Position numbers and translations under genes: made by a program. Below are positions 30,720 to 49,911 of a stretch of DNA of 64,000 nt, piece after piece. The notes beneath the pieces were generated by a model. The model was not told the DNA's origin, made no database searches, and saw only the letters and a program-made list of their open reading frames with translations. Source of the stretch: the human T2T-CHM13v2.0 reference genome, Homo sapiens; assembly GCF_009914755.1 (NCBI RefSeq), contig NC_060947.1; one strand, given 5' to 3'. Numbering within the stretch: the first letter of the stretch is position 1; each line of letters begins with the position of its first letter.

Positions 30720-31399
30720 TTATGTCTCTATTCAGCTATAATTATTTTATAAAGGCTTAGTTTCCTCATCTGTAAAATGGGGATAAAAACTTGTCTTTCC
30801 TACCTCACAGCATTTTTTATGTGGGTCAAATGAGTTTTGAAACTTGTGAGCAACTATACAAATACTTGACATTTATCTATTAATGAAAGAGAAAGACGTT
30901 AAAATGCCATTTTCTGGGCCTGAAGAACAAAGGGGTTATATATTTATGCCATTTTCCCTAGTAATTACTTTCCCCATGTTGTATATAGAAATTGATTTGG
31001 AGTGGTAACATAGATTATATCTGATATGCAATGATATCACTACAAAAACAAAACACTGATAGTTACTAATTGAAGAATTTGGGCATGATAGTGATTATGC
31101 ATTTATGGTTTATAATCAGAATAATGTACAAGAATTAGAATAACTTATCATGACATCATTTCCTTTTGATCTGTCATCGCCCAAAACCTGGAAGTTCTCA
31201 AACAGTGCTTCCGTAGATATCAGCATCACTTGTCTTGCTGAGTGGTGATAAAGAGTACATATAACATTGGTTACCTTAGTAGTATTTTTCAAAACAATAC
31301 TTAAAAAATAATTATTCAACTGGTGAAAACTCATGCTGTTTGTGAACAGTTGTGGAAGGCTTATGGCTATAAGGTAAGCTAAAAATAAAAAATAAAAAG

Positions 31400-31512
31400 C
31401 AGTCAGGCATGGTGGTGCACACCTGTAGTCCCAGCTACTTAGGAGGCTGGGGCGGGAGGATTGCTTGAGCCCAGGAGTTCGAGGCCAGCCTAGGCAATAT
31501 AGTGAGATAAAA
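31400..31512 (+). mobile_element. Alu monomer (FLAM-like)
   Basis: ggcatggtggtgcacacctgtagtcccagctact...gagcccaggagttcgaggccagcctaggcaatatagtgaga. Confidence 0.85.
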
Positions 31513-31935
31513 AATATTTTAAAAAGTAAAAGGCATTATAATGTTTGCCACATTGCTGTACAGCTATGACAGATTTTATATTGCCTTTATTTTAGAACAT
31601 TTGCCCAGTTTTCCACCTTTTGCTACTGCTATGTAAGCACAAAAGGTAAGATTAAATCCTAAATGTGATGGTATACAATGCTTTAATTCAACAGATATTT
31701 ACCGAGTGCCTTTTAAAAAACAAGCACTGTTTTAAGTGCTGGAGATAAAGCAATGAAAAAAAACAAAGTCCCTACTCTCATGGGGCTAATACCGTAGTTG
31801 GGGGAGGCAAATAAACAAATAGTATATGATATGACTGGTGCTGATAAGCAATATGAAGAAAAATAAAGTAAGGTATCATGATAGAGAGGGGAGGGGGTTG
31901 GTATATTAGAGAAATTGGTCTGGGAAGGCCTCTTA

Positions 31936-32425
<490 letters not shown>

Positions 32426-33078
32426 GACAGAAATAGTTCCAACCCTTACGGAGTTTATCATGTGATGGCTCAGACAGTTGATAAATAAGTAAGCAAACCA
32501 ATACAATTGCTAGTGTAGTCAATAATAATAGCAGCCTTGTTCTGTTGGCTTAGAAATCTCCATAATGCAGGGAAACCCTCAAAGCAATTTTCCAAGGCCA
32601 GCTGTCTTATAAAGTATGCTTATCTGAAGTCCTGTTAAAGATACAAATATTTCCTAAAAGCAGTGATTAATAATAGGTGGTGTACTGGTGGCAAAGTTCC
32701 AGTGTGGCATCTGTGAAGCATCTTGCCAAAAACCAGTTTGGGGTGTTTTCAAATTAAATCATCCATCTATGAGCACTAACAATATCTGAGAGGTGGTTTG
32801 GTAGAAGTGGTGGGAGGAGGGGGGACGTTCTAAGTAGGAGGAATAATGTGATAGTGCAAAAGCAAAAGATAACAGTTGTTGGGGACACAGCAAATATTCT
32901 AGATTCATTTACGTGGAGTTGAAAATATGAGACTCAATATATAATGCACTTAGCGACTAGAAAAAGGTTATTAAAGAGCAATGTCTTAATCTATACCAGA
33001 GGAAAACCTGAGATAGAGAATTAAAGGGACCTAATAATTAAACCTTTGTTTTTTGTGTCCACTGTTCTTTCAGTGGAC

Positions 33079-33707
33079 ATAAAACAGCCTATGTATAACA
33101 AAAATTTCCACAAGATATTCCATCCTGCTCTGAGCCAGAACAATTAAGTAAGATAAAATTAGGCAAATAGTCAGTAATCTATCAGATATCCACTAGAAGT
33201 GTTTCAACTCATAAGCCAAATAAATTAACATTTTGGCTTATTAAAAGGAAAATCACGTAGAGCAACCCCTAGAGAGGGCAGATCACACTGTGTGCTCCCC
33301 TCCCTCCCTGGAACATCTTGGTCCCTGTGAAATCAAGTAAAAAATTACCTTTAAACATCTCTGAATGAGAAAGGGCAACCTTGTAGGAGGTTTTGAAAAA
33401 TGAAGGATGATTAGTGTTACCCCCCCACTTTTTTGGTAGCAGTGGAAAGATTATTAACTGCATACCTAAGTAGAAAACTAATATTTCCTGTCAAGTAGAT
33501 TTCATTCTAATGGAAAAAGAAGAAAGAAAAAAAGAAAAAGAAAAAACAAGACTGAAAAGTCATGACATTGGCCATACTTTATTTCTCAAAATCTCCTATA
33601 AGGCTGCCCTTTCTTATGCAAAGAGATCTTTAAAGGTAATTTTTTACTTGATTTCAGAGAATAAAATGTTCCAGGGAGGGAGAGGAATACACATTGTGAT
33701 ATGCCCC
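33079..33707. repeat. Composite duplication: inverted copy of 28708-28833 joined to hairpin element copy 2
   Basis: 33079-33208 is the reverse complement of 28708-28833; 33219-33707 is a direct copy of 29768-30240. Confidence 0.92.
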
Positions 33708-33763
33708 TTTTTCCCCCTCCCTTACTACACTATAAAGAACTGAAGTTTTAAAACAAGGTATAG

Positions 33764-34065
33764 GGCTGGGCACGGTGACCCATGCCTGTAATCTCAGCAC
33801 TTTGGGAGGCCAAGGCAGGAGAATTGCTTGAGCCCGGGAGTTGGAGACCAGCCTCGGCCACACAGTAAGACCTTGTGTCTACAAAAAATAAACAAAATTA
33901 GCAGGACGTGGTGGTATGCGCCTGTAGTCCCAGCTACACGGAAGGCTGGGGTGGGTGGGAGATCGTTTGAGCCAGGGATGTGGAGGCTCCAGTGAGCTGA
34001 GATTGCATCACTACACTCCAGGCAGGGTGACAGAGTGAGACCTTGTCTCAAAATAAATAAATAAA
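33764..34065 (+). mobile_element. Alu (AluJ-like)
   Basis: ggctgggcacggtg...gagtgagaccttgtctcaaaataaa; TSD aaaacaaggt. Confidence 0.94.
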
Positions 34066-35348
34066 ACAAGGTGTAATCACATTTTCTGATTATTATTATA
34101 ATATTAGTTGCTCTCTTGTTTTAAACTAACCAAAATGATGGGCCTGGTTTAGTTCTTCTAAATAATGTTTAAAAGTACTACACTGTATACCAGTTTATTC
34201 ATTTGCTATCATATTTGCTTTCTTCTTTGTACCTAGAAATTCAGGTGTTGCAATTTATTTGCTTTTCTGAGGGTTACTCTTTTTGTGCATTGGTGTATAG
34301 GTCTTGAAGAGTAAGAAGTGGCTGTAAATATAGTACCAATTCTCATATTTTCCTGTGTCTCTATCTTTAGAAATGTTTCTGGGTTTGATTAATAATTCAT
34401 CTATTCTTTTTTTCCCAGAAGACATTGTAATCTGTTGTTTGTTATATCAATTGCTTCCCTAAAAAATTCTAAATCCTTTAATGAAAAAAAGATTTCAGTT
34501 AGGGAAGGAAATGAGTGCTTATATATATATATTCAGTTTTCAAGTAAGTCCCTTTAAAAGAATGCAGGGAGAGAGAAAACAGGACCAAAGAAGAATTATT
34601 TTTATTAACTGTTTTCCGAAGCTCTTAATATAAAGTTGGCAGCTTTCAAAATGCCAACTGTGGCTATTGAATTATTCCAAAATAAGCATTCATAGTGTCA
34701 TTTTAAGGACTTACATCTGGTAGCAAAGTAATAGAATCAGGAAAATCCACAAACTTTATTGAGCACACTACCTTCTCTTATTTGAATATATTTCCTGCTA
34801 AGTGTATTGGCAGTTTACTAATTAGTTTGTTTATTAACATATAATGAAACTAAGTTCAGTAAAGTTGTACTTGTTTGACTTTGTAAGCATGACAACTTAT
34901 GACAAGATAAAGAATCCACTGTAAGTTTCCAGTAATCATTACCGTGGAAAAAATTATAATTGAACATTTTACTTAGAATGGAAATAAATCTTGTTTGTAA
35001 TTAGGAAGTTCATTACATGGCTCTTCTGCAGCTAGAGCAGTATTCACTTACACAGTGCCCTCAATCCAGTTTACAAACAGAAAGAGCAACTTGTCAAACT
35101 AAAGGACATTTTAGTTTGTGTACTAAACTAGCACATTGATAATGAGTATCATTTTCAAGCTGTGGCTGTTTTACTGGTCTTTCCTCTAGCACTCAGCCCA
35201 TTGCCCTACCTGTTCATCATTACCATTGACCTAATACAAAAAAAGAAATGTTTATGAAATTTGCAGGTGTCTAAATATTGGAAGGGGCAATTAATACCAT
35301 AGATCAATGTGCTCAATATTGGCCACAGGTTAGATTCAAATGAGGACC

Positions 35349-35678
35349 TTTTATTTTTATTTATTTATTCATTTATTTATTTATTTTTGAGATGAGTCTC
35401 ACTCTGTTGCCCAGGTGGGGGTGCAGCGGCGCAATCTCAGCTCACTCCAAGTGATGCAACCTCCGCCTCCCGAGTTCAAGAGACTCTCCTACCTCAGCCT
35501 TCTGAGTAGCTGGGATTACAGGCACCTGCCACCATGCCCAGCTAATTTTTGTATTTTTAATAGAGACAGGGCTTCACCATATTGGTCAGGCTGGTCTGAA
35601 ACTCCTGACCTCAGGTGATTCACCCGCCTCGGCCTCCCAAAGTGCTGGGATTAAAGGCGTGAGTCACCAAGCCCAGCC
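35349..35678 (-). mobile_element. Alu (AluS-like)
   Basis: (TTTA)n tail, ctcctgacctcaggtgat; TSD tgaggacctttta. Confidence 0.95.
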
Positions 35679-36382
35679 TCTGAGGACCTTTTAAAATAAA
35701 CTAAAAGATACTGGATATTCATGGATGAAATGATACAATGTCTAGAATTTACTTTAAAATACTCCAGGAGGGAGTATTTAGAACCCAGAAATTGGTACAT
35801 ATTAATTTCTGAATGACTTGCAGGGACTTGATGATGATTACAGCTTAATGAGCTGGAAGAGTTCCCCAAGTGACTAGAAATGTAGTCTAGCACTAGTTTC
35901 CAAATTATTTCTTGCATAGTTTTATACTAACTGCCTGATTTCACACTTAACAAAACTGAGCAATTTTCTTTCTACATAGTACAAGGCGCTTATAATCTTG
36001 TGAACATTTCTGCTGCCAAAAAGTGACCTTTCTTGCCAGTGATTTTGACTACTCCTCTCACATCCACATAGCCACCATTAATCTTTCAACAGTATCTTCA
36101 AAAAGATAGTTATCTTTTATCTTTATCTGTTATCTGCTAAAGCTATCCTGTATTCAATAAAGTGCCTTCATTTGAAATTCTAATTCCTTTATTTTGACAA
36201 ATTTGACAACTTATGTTTATTTATATACACACACATTTATGTACTTAATTCTGTTTTTCAACATAGTGATAGCTCTTTTGGTTGTCTTTTGCGACTACTC
36301 TTTTATCCCTTTTTTTAGTATTTTCACATTCCTATCTTCAAATTGAAAACATTCTCCTCTTCTCTATTTCCTCAGTAATTTT

Positions 36383-38850
<2,468 letters not shown>

Positions 38851-39882
38851 CTCAGTAATTTTAATCACATAGTTCTGAAGACACTATCTGCATATTTTGG
38901 CTCCTACTTTTCTTTCTTTTTACTTTACCAAATCTCCAATTTCTCATAGTCACTATTTCAATGCTAAAAGTGATAGAATTATTTTTCCTTTTATCCCCAA
39001 ACCCATCAGTAATTCCCTCCTCATTAGTTGAAATATAATTATTTTCTGTTTCCCTCATCCTCATTCCCATTGTCTTTTCCCCAATACTTTCTCTTTCATA
39101 ATATTTGTCAGTTTTCTCATTTCTATTTTTTAAAAGCTTCAATTCATACTTGAACTTTTTTCATATCAGATAACTTCTTATCTCTATAATCTGCACATAC
39201 TGCCATTGCCAAAATCTTCTTTCTTGAACTTTGCCCTATCAAAATCCTCAGAAAATTTCTAATTGATGCTATGCTGCATTTGTGACTCCTGTTTTTACTT
39301 TTTATCAATTCCTGTATCTACTCTCCTATCCTTTCCTTTCAGCTAAGCCAAATTTCTCTTTATGTCTTTGTCTTATCTCCTACTCTTCTAGTTTACCTCC
39401 TTCTATGCATGTAACTTCCTAATGTGATAGGAAGTGATGTGAGGCAAATGTGAGCATCTGCCAATCTATCTATATTCTCATTCAAACCTTGCTTAAAATC
39501 TCAATTCTTTTTAAGTGGGTCAAAATAGGAAGAGAGCCAAAAGCCTGGTTTATAATTGAATTAAATTTTTCTTAAAAATCTGTATTCTAAATTAAAGGGA
39601 AATGCCTCATAAAGCAAAACCAACACTCAACCAATCAGAGCTTCCAGAAAAGGAAGGTAAATTTATATATTTCAGCCATCCCATTGATATGGTTAAATCA
39701 ACAAACTATATCCTTATTGTGCAGCAATATGTTGAAAGTTATGGATATAAACACAGAGACAGAAGACATGGTTATTGTCCTCAGAGGACAAATAATCTAG
39801 ATAAAGAGACAAAAATTATATACATGAAGCTCTTAGAAAGTAGTTATAATAACCAGCCTAATATATGCTAGGTTGTGTAGTA

Positions 39883-40223
39883 CAGGTTAAACATCACTAA
39901 TCTAAAAATGAAAAATCTGAAATGTTCCAAAATCCGAAACATTGATTGCTGACATGATGCCGCAAATGGAAAATTTCCACACCTGACCTCATGTGACAGG
40001 TTGCAGTCAAAACTCATGCATAAAATTATTTAAAATATTGTATAAAATTATCTTCGGGCTATATGTATAAGGTATATATGAAACAAATAAGTTTCATGTT
40101 CAGACCTGGGTCCCATCCCCAAGATATCTCAGTATGTGTATGCACTTAATCCAAAACCTGAAAAAATCTGAAATCTGAAACACTTCTGGTCACAAGCATT
40201 TCATATAAGGGATACTCAACCTG
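39883..40223. mobile_element. Tigger4/MER46 (Zombi)-family MITE
   Basis: TA|caggttaaacatc ... gggatactcaacctg|TA terminal inverted repeats with TA TSD. Confidence 0.85.
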
Positions 40224-41148
40224 TATAGACTCTAAGTCCTATGAATATTCAGAGAAAATGGAAAGTATTATTGCTTGGGATAGCCAGTGAGGATTTCATA
40301 GGGGAAGTGGGTCTTGAAGAAAATGTAGAATTCAGATTAGTTGGACTGGACTAGAAGACTTTCATTAGGATTTCTTTTTTTTTCATTAGCATTTCTAGGT
40401 AAAATGATAATTGCTTAGCAAAGACCCTATGGGAGAAATTAACTGGTTGTTTAAGAAAACAGTGAACTTTGTTCTAGGAAATAGTAGGAAATATAATTAG
40501 ATTATTAAACTGGAACTAATTGATCAAGAACCTTGAATTCCTAATTGAGGAATTAAGAATTGTTGAAAAGAAAATCCCTGTACAGAAGCATTTTATTTAA
40601 TCAAGGTTTTATCTTGTTTAAATATCTAAGATTTTCTTAAATAATAATAGTATTAACTAATATCGGGTGTTTTACTGTGTGCTAAGCATTGCTCTAAGTG
40701 CGTTAAATGTAACAACTCATTTAATCTTTACAACAGCCCTTTGTAGTAGGATCTGTTTTAACCTTATTTTACAAATGAGGATGCAGAAAGGGTAAGTACT
40801 TTAACTTGCTCAAGTTGACACAAGCGACAGAGCCAGAATTTAAACCCAGTTAGTCTATAGTACTATATTCTACATTCTTATCTAATATACATACAACCTT
40901 ATGAACGAGATACATAAGTGCTGCAGATACATTTTGAGATTTGGACAATTGAAGCTGACTTAACTCTTTTATTGAAAGATAATTTTCTCAGATACTACTC
41001 ACATTGGCATACTGTAATCTCTCTTTATCCCAAATGTATTTTTTCTTTAAGAAAAATCTCTGTAAGGACTCTATGGGCTAGAAAAGTTTTAAAATAAATT
41101 TATTAGTTTGTTATATGAAGTGATACAGATTTGATTTATCTCTTGTAA

Positions 41149-41307
<159 letters not shown>

Positions 41308-43075
41308 TAAAACATAATTCAAATTAAATAAGGGTACTACAAAGCTGAGTATTCATATTTATTTATAGTCTGTAGTTGCTTTGAGATTTAAAAACAAATT
41401 AAATGTGCAACTTTACTTTGAGAGAATAGCAAGACCTCTATTTTTAAAGGATATGGGTTATTAAGTTTTTTTTTTTTTTTTAATCCATTGGTGTGAGGGA
41501 CCTGAAGCATGTGGTCTAGCAGGGCTGATTCTGCACAGATTTTGGTCAGTGTTACTGCTATATAACTCCTTTCTTCAACTTCTGCTTTATCCAACTGCTG
41601 GGAAGATGAGAACTTCTCCATGAAATAAATTGTTTCATTACTAATAACTCAAATGAGAAGAATCTGAAGTTATCTGTGAACCCAAAACATAATGACTCCT
41701 AAGGAAGTATAAGCCTGGAAAATTAAACCTTTTTTATTCATTCCCACCTTCTCAGAAAAAGCATCATATCCTTGAAATATGAAGGAATGTCTTACAGTTA
41801 ATGTTACATATTCATTCATGCCAGGGTGGTTCAGATGCTTCAACATATATATTATGGGTAGAAAAGGAATTAGGATAATCCTTTCTAATAAAGCAAGTCA
41901 AAATAAATTTTTAAAAAGCTGCATTGACAGTTTCTTACTTCCTTTTATGATGCCATTATAATGTTGGTCTAAATTAGAATCCCAGATTTCTAGCCTTTTT
42001 GATATTGAAAAACTGCCTTTCTTCTTATCCCCCTCTCTTCTAAAGTAGATATATTATAATTTTTTAAAAAGAACAAAAGCACATGAGTTTCTGGAACATT
42101 CATATGTGTGAACATATAGCATACAATTAATTTTTTAGGTTGTGTGGCTTGTTTTTTATATTTCCGCCTAAATTTCTTTTAGTGTTGCCAGTGAGTCTTT
42201 CCTCCTGGCCCTCTTAAAGTGAATGTCACTTAACCTAAATGAGGTTGACATTATACCTGCTGACATCACGAGAATTCTGTAATCTCAACTCTAAATCTGG
42301 TTAGTAAAAATTATTTTTTTTAAAAAAAGGCCTTTCTACTTAAATAAAGATGATTGTATAACTTATTTCCCCCAAATTAACCTGATGCAGAAATAGTGTA
42401 GTTACCTACTAATGAAGCTTCCTTATACCAAAAGAATCAAACTTAAGGCCTTAACATTTCCCCCATGGCTTTTATTTGTGGTCCATTAAAGACAGTTATT
42501 ACTCTTGCTATGGTGACTTAGTAGCATGAATAAAATTCTGATTGAATTGTAGGAAATAGGCCATTTGCAATGTCAACAAATTTTTTAATATGCCAGTCTC
42601 CATATATTATAAAATATACTAAAAAGTCAGCATATTTCTTTTGAATATTTATATAATCCATAGTGCTGAGAAGACTTTAATGGTATGTGAGTGATAGGAA
42701 GAGATTGATAGATACTGAAATATTCTTCAAGTCAAAGCAACTAGGGCTAATAATGTTTAATCTCACCCTCAGCAAACCTCTTAACACTGATTCAGCGGGT
42801 CACATGGATTTAACCTTGCTACAGAATTTCTAACCTCCTGTATGAAATTTCTGTAAGTTTACTAGGTCTTTTGATGAATGGGGTTGCTCTGAGCAAAGGT
42901 TTTGTGGCTTCTGAAATAAGTAGAGTGGCCACAGTTAAAATCTACATTTACTTAGCATGCATAGGATTGTCACATACATGCTGTTTTCAGCCACACATAT
43001 TATAGACACAGCACTAACTGCATTATTTGGAGACCAAGGATTGAATTACACATTATGTATTTTCTGGTACTCTAC

Positions 43076-43833
<758 letters not shown>

Positions 43834-44074
43834 GTCTTTGGTGCCCTTGTGAATGCTTTTAGGGGCATTTTTGTTTCAATATCTCTTGAGTTTTGAGTTG
43901 AATAAACCATTTGTTCATTCAAAAAAATATATTTAGCACTTGTATTTGTAGTAGTTCCTTATGAGGCATTCAGAAAAAAACCTAAGCACAAAACTGAAGA
44001 AAATTTGCTTACCTCTGTCCTAAGAGAATTATCTATGTACACACATATGATATATGTACCTGTATAGATATATA

Positions 44075-44406
44075 CAGTCGTCCCTAGGTATCTATGGGGA
44101 TTGGTTCTGGCCGCCGCTGTAGATACCAAAATTCACAGATGCTCAAGTCTCCTAATATAAAATGGCATAGTATTTGCATATAACCTATGCACATCTGCCT
44201 ATATACCTAAAGTCATCTCTAGACTATTCATTCCTAATACAATGCCTATGCATCACTTCATTTGAGTGGACTCTGCATAGTCTTCGGTGCATGGCAAATT
44301 CAAGTTTTGCTTTTTGGAACTTTGTAGAATTTTTTTCCCAAATATTTTCAATCCCTGGTTGGTTGAATCCATGGATGAGGAACCCATGGATATGGAGGGC
44401 TGACTG
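44075..44406. mobile_element. MER2 (Tigger-family MITE)
   Basis: TA|cagtcgtccctaggtatc ... gatatggagggctgactg|TA. Confidence 0.88.
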
Positions 44407-44496
44407 TACAATTGTATTCAATCAACTGTTTGAATGTATGAAATATATTTTTGTTGGTAGGTGATGAATTTTCAGAAAATATTTTGTCTCCTTTAG

Positions 44497-44799
<303 letters not shown>

Positions 44800-45225
44800 T
44801 AAAATAATAGGATTGATATTAAAGGTAATTAAACTGTACAATAAAAAGTTTATTTCATCTAGGGAAAGAACTCTTTTAAGACTGGTTGCTTAACATAAAA
44901 CCATTAGAAGTGTATATAGAATGCCTTGCATATCGTGGGAAGTGAGTCAGTATTAAATGATGATCTGGCATATGACTGCTTTCAATTCCTTGTTATGAAC
45001 TACCTACATGCTTTAGTCTGTGTTTTAATCTATTTTAAACATACAATTTGAATATAGTGGCCATAGTACCTAATGGCCCACATCTCACTTTGTAGCTACA
45101 AAGAAGAATCAAACAGTGCTATTTATAGCATACAAACAGCTTTTACATTGGTAGTTATATAATTATGTAATTATATAAAGAGATAGATTTAAATATCAAA
45201 TCAGAATCATTTTTTTTAAAAATTA

Positions 45226-45538
<313 letters not shown>

Positions 45539-45708
45539 TTATTTAAAATTAGATCTCTTCCTGGAATCACCAATTCTTGCACGTTCATGTTGATGCTTCA
45601 AATTTTTAACTAATCTTGAACTCTAAACTATTTTAGCTGTTTATAGTATTTTTCAAGGGATTAACTATTGTTTCAGAAGAACTGATTAATAAACATAAAT
45701 CACTATGA

Positions 45709-46005
<297 letters not shown>

Positions 46006-48496
46006 TAGTTTTCAAAGTATTGTTTGACCATAAGAATGAAGATAGTATTGCTTACCATTAAAAGTTAACTCTTCTATATTATATGATAGGGTTTTTTTTG
46101 GAGTTGATTGTGGGTGTGTGTGTGTTTTGTGAGTTTATTCATATGCATTACATAAATAGTACCCTTCTCTCCAGGAAATTTAATTGTAAGAAATAATAGA
46201 AGTTAGATTTGAAAATTATTTCTTGAGATTCAGATAGGACTTGCCCTGGAATGCTTTTAGAAATGCAGAGATTTTTATGTGTGGTTAGTCTAACTCTAAA
46301 TTTCTCTATGAATAGTCTAGACAGTTTGGGTCTGAAATTGTTAAACATATTGTTTATTTTTTAAAATAACTTACAGAAAACATTTTTTAATGAAGAGGCA
46401 AGTTCGTGGAGTCAGTGGAGCATGGACTTTAGAATGAAAGTAGAACAACCCTTAGACAAGTCATATCTCTCAGGACCTCAGTTTCCTCATCTGTCATTTC
46501 TACCTCAGAGGGCACTTATGAGGAATGGGCATGATATGTGTGAAAGCACTTTGTAAAATATAAAATATGAGGCAAATATTAATCATTATTAGTGCCTCCT
46601 TCAGAAGTATGTGTCTGATAGCTGTTTGCCATTATATTTGGTTTGTTGAAACTGACCAGATATCTTTTATCCTGCTGAACATTCTGAACAGTTGACTAAA
46701 ATGAGCATGCCAAAGGGGAAAAGGAGAGGAGATGATCCAGAAATAGCTAGTGAAAGCAGCTTCTGGCAAGGAGGATGTCAGTATAGACTATATGGGAAAG
46801 TATAAGAGGAACCTAAGCCAAAGTCCTATGGATAGACCAGAACAAGTGACCTAGAAGGTTGTATGATCACTACATAGCCCTCATTGGGTACAGTTGTTCC
46901 TCTTACCTGTTCCTAAACTATTCCTAAAATTGATATACATGAGGATTTGTTTGTGAGCCTCCCTGCTTTTATGGAAATTAGATCAGCAAGGTAAATTTTT
47001 TATACTTCAGTACCAAAACTAGGTCTCAGTATGCATGATTTATAAATAGAATTCTATAAGGATTAAGAATCCTGTTTGTATTATATTATAGGTGGGCGTT
47101 TGTTTTTGTATTTCATTTCTTTATTGGCAACCATAAACAAACTGTTTTGCCATTTTATTTCCCTTAAAATACAGTCTAAAAGGCTATCAATGAGTTATTC
47201 ATCACCAAATCGGTATTTAATTAAGATATAATAAATCCATTTTTGTCTGTGTGCATTTTTAGGAGAGCCCATTGAAAATCGTACATATCTACATCTTTTT
47301 TTCTAGTAAGTTAAAAAGAACAGTAATTTATTGGGACTTAGTCTCCAAATGGCTTTTTTATAAAATGGAATATCTTTATTGCTCTGCTTATTGTTTTTAC
47401 AAATATGTATTACTTTTATAGTTTAAACAATACAGAAGCACAGTAATGATAGTTAAGTTTAGCGTATATCCTTCTAGGCTTTTTAATGCATGAATTTATA
47501 AATATTTGCAAAAATAGGTCTGGACATCACACATTGTTCTACAATCTGCTTTTTTTCTCTTGTATCATGGACAACTTTCTATTCACATAAATGGACTTTA
47601 TTTTATTTAAATAATAGTGAACCCACAAAATTGCAATTTATTTGTTTTATTAGCTTTCCCAGTTTGAAAAAAATACCATTTAACTGAGGTAAAAATTAAC
47701 ATGGTTGTGTTTTTCTGTTCATGTTTATCCGAAGTATTTTGAAAGACATGATGAACTACCACATATTTAAATAGTATATGCAGGAAGAATGAATTTAGTT
47801 TTAGCTTTGTTGGATTTGAGTTAGAACTTGCATTATTTACTTATTATCCCAGATGGCATTGCTGCTTAATGCAATTGTTTCGTGTGCCTAGAAAAAATTA
47901 TACTATTTAAAGCAATTGCTTTTTACACAAAGGCTACATTTGTCTATCAGTTAATAAGCCCTCTGTATTTATTGACACCTATCCTGTGCCCAACATAGTA
48001 CAAGCAGTATTATTTTATCATACTTCTACTTTAGATTTTTTAAAACATTCATTTAAAATTTTACTTCACTTAATTTTTAATATCGTCTTTAATAGACTAC
48101 TCTTTCCCTCTAAATTTTTATGCCACAAATTTTCATTATTTTATTTTACTTGAACTGGGTAACTCGCTTGATTTTCTGGTAACCAGATAGGAACATTGTT
48201 GTCTTCCAGGATTGATTTTAACCATAGTCACATATTATGCCTATATGATAATATAATAGTCTTCTAGGAAATCACCCCTTAGAGATAGTTTGAAGACCTA
48301 CATGATCTCTAACTTTTGTGCATTTTAATCTACTAATAAAATGAAATTGGAAGAAAAGAACAAACAAAAGGAGTTTGCAAGGAATCAGTGTATTTTTTTC
48401 TATTTCAGAATTTGTTGAAAAATATAGCATTTTTAGTGTTTAATCTGTGTGCACAGTGTATGTAGATTAGTCAATATAGGCATATGTATACCTTAG

Positions 48497-48763
<267 letters not shown>

Positions 48764-48947
48764 TAAATTTGGTTACATATCAGTTTTTAGTTTGAAAATG
48801 TTATCCTTCACAGAGTAAAATGTCCTTTAATTCTATAAATTATTAAAACCTCAAGATGCAATATCCTTTTAGTAATTTAAAATAATTATTCTTCAGAATA
48901 AGAGTACAGCCTTCTGAGATATTCTCAGTTCCATTTAGTAAAGTCTT

Positions 48948-49229
48948 TTTTTATTATTATACTTTAAGTTTTAGGGTACATGTGCACAATGTGCAGGTTA
49001 GTTACATATGTATACATGTGCCATGTTGGTGTGCTGCACCCATTAACTCGTCACAACATTAGGTATATCTCCTAATGCTATCCCTCCCCCCTCCCCCCAC
49101 CCCACAACAGGCCCTGGTGTGTGATGTTCCCCTTCCTGTGTCCATGTGTTCTCATTGTTCAGTTCCCACCTGTGAGTGAGAACATGCGGTGTTTGGTTTT
49201 TTTGTCCTTGCGATAGTTTGCTGAGAATG
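48948..49229 (-). mobile_element. Short L1PA 3'-end insertion (L1PA4/5-like) with inverted TSD
   Basis: ttattatactttaagttttagggtacatgtgcac...gatagtttgctgagaatg; flank 48931-48947 recurs as reverse complement at 49333-49349. Confidence 0.93.
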
Positions 49230-49689
49230 TCATACATTTTTGAATGATCAAGCTCCATTTTGCATTAACCTAAATGCTTATCTTGTTTTTAAATTTTAAA
49301 GTTTTAAAATTTTCACTTTCAGTAAGAGCTGTAAGACTTTACTAAATGGTAAAGTTAGACTATCACTTTTGATGTACTCTGTCAGAAAAAAATAACATTG
49401 ACATCTTTTACGTAAGTCAGAAATAAATTGTTGGTATTTGATACTGAATTTTTACATTTGTACTGTCATTTTTAAAGGATACATGTTAGACCTTTTTCTT
49501 GAGAAGTGAAATAACTTGCACTGAGGTTAATTGTATGATTGGTGCAACTAGTACCCAAAGTCTATTTCTTAATAAGTCATACTATAGACCAAAACTTTTG
49601 GCCACAAAAGAGTAAGCCAAACACATTTTACTTGAAGGTGTCAACAATAAAGGAAAATTTAATTGACCTCTATGTTTTTCACCCCCTAG

Positions 49690-49911
<222 letters not shown>

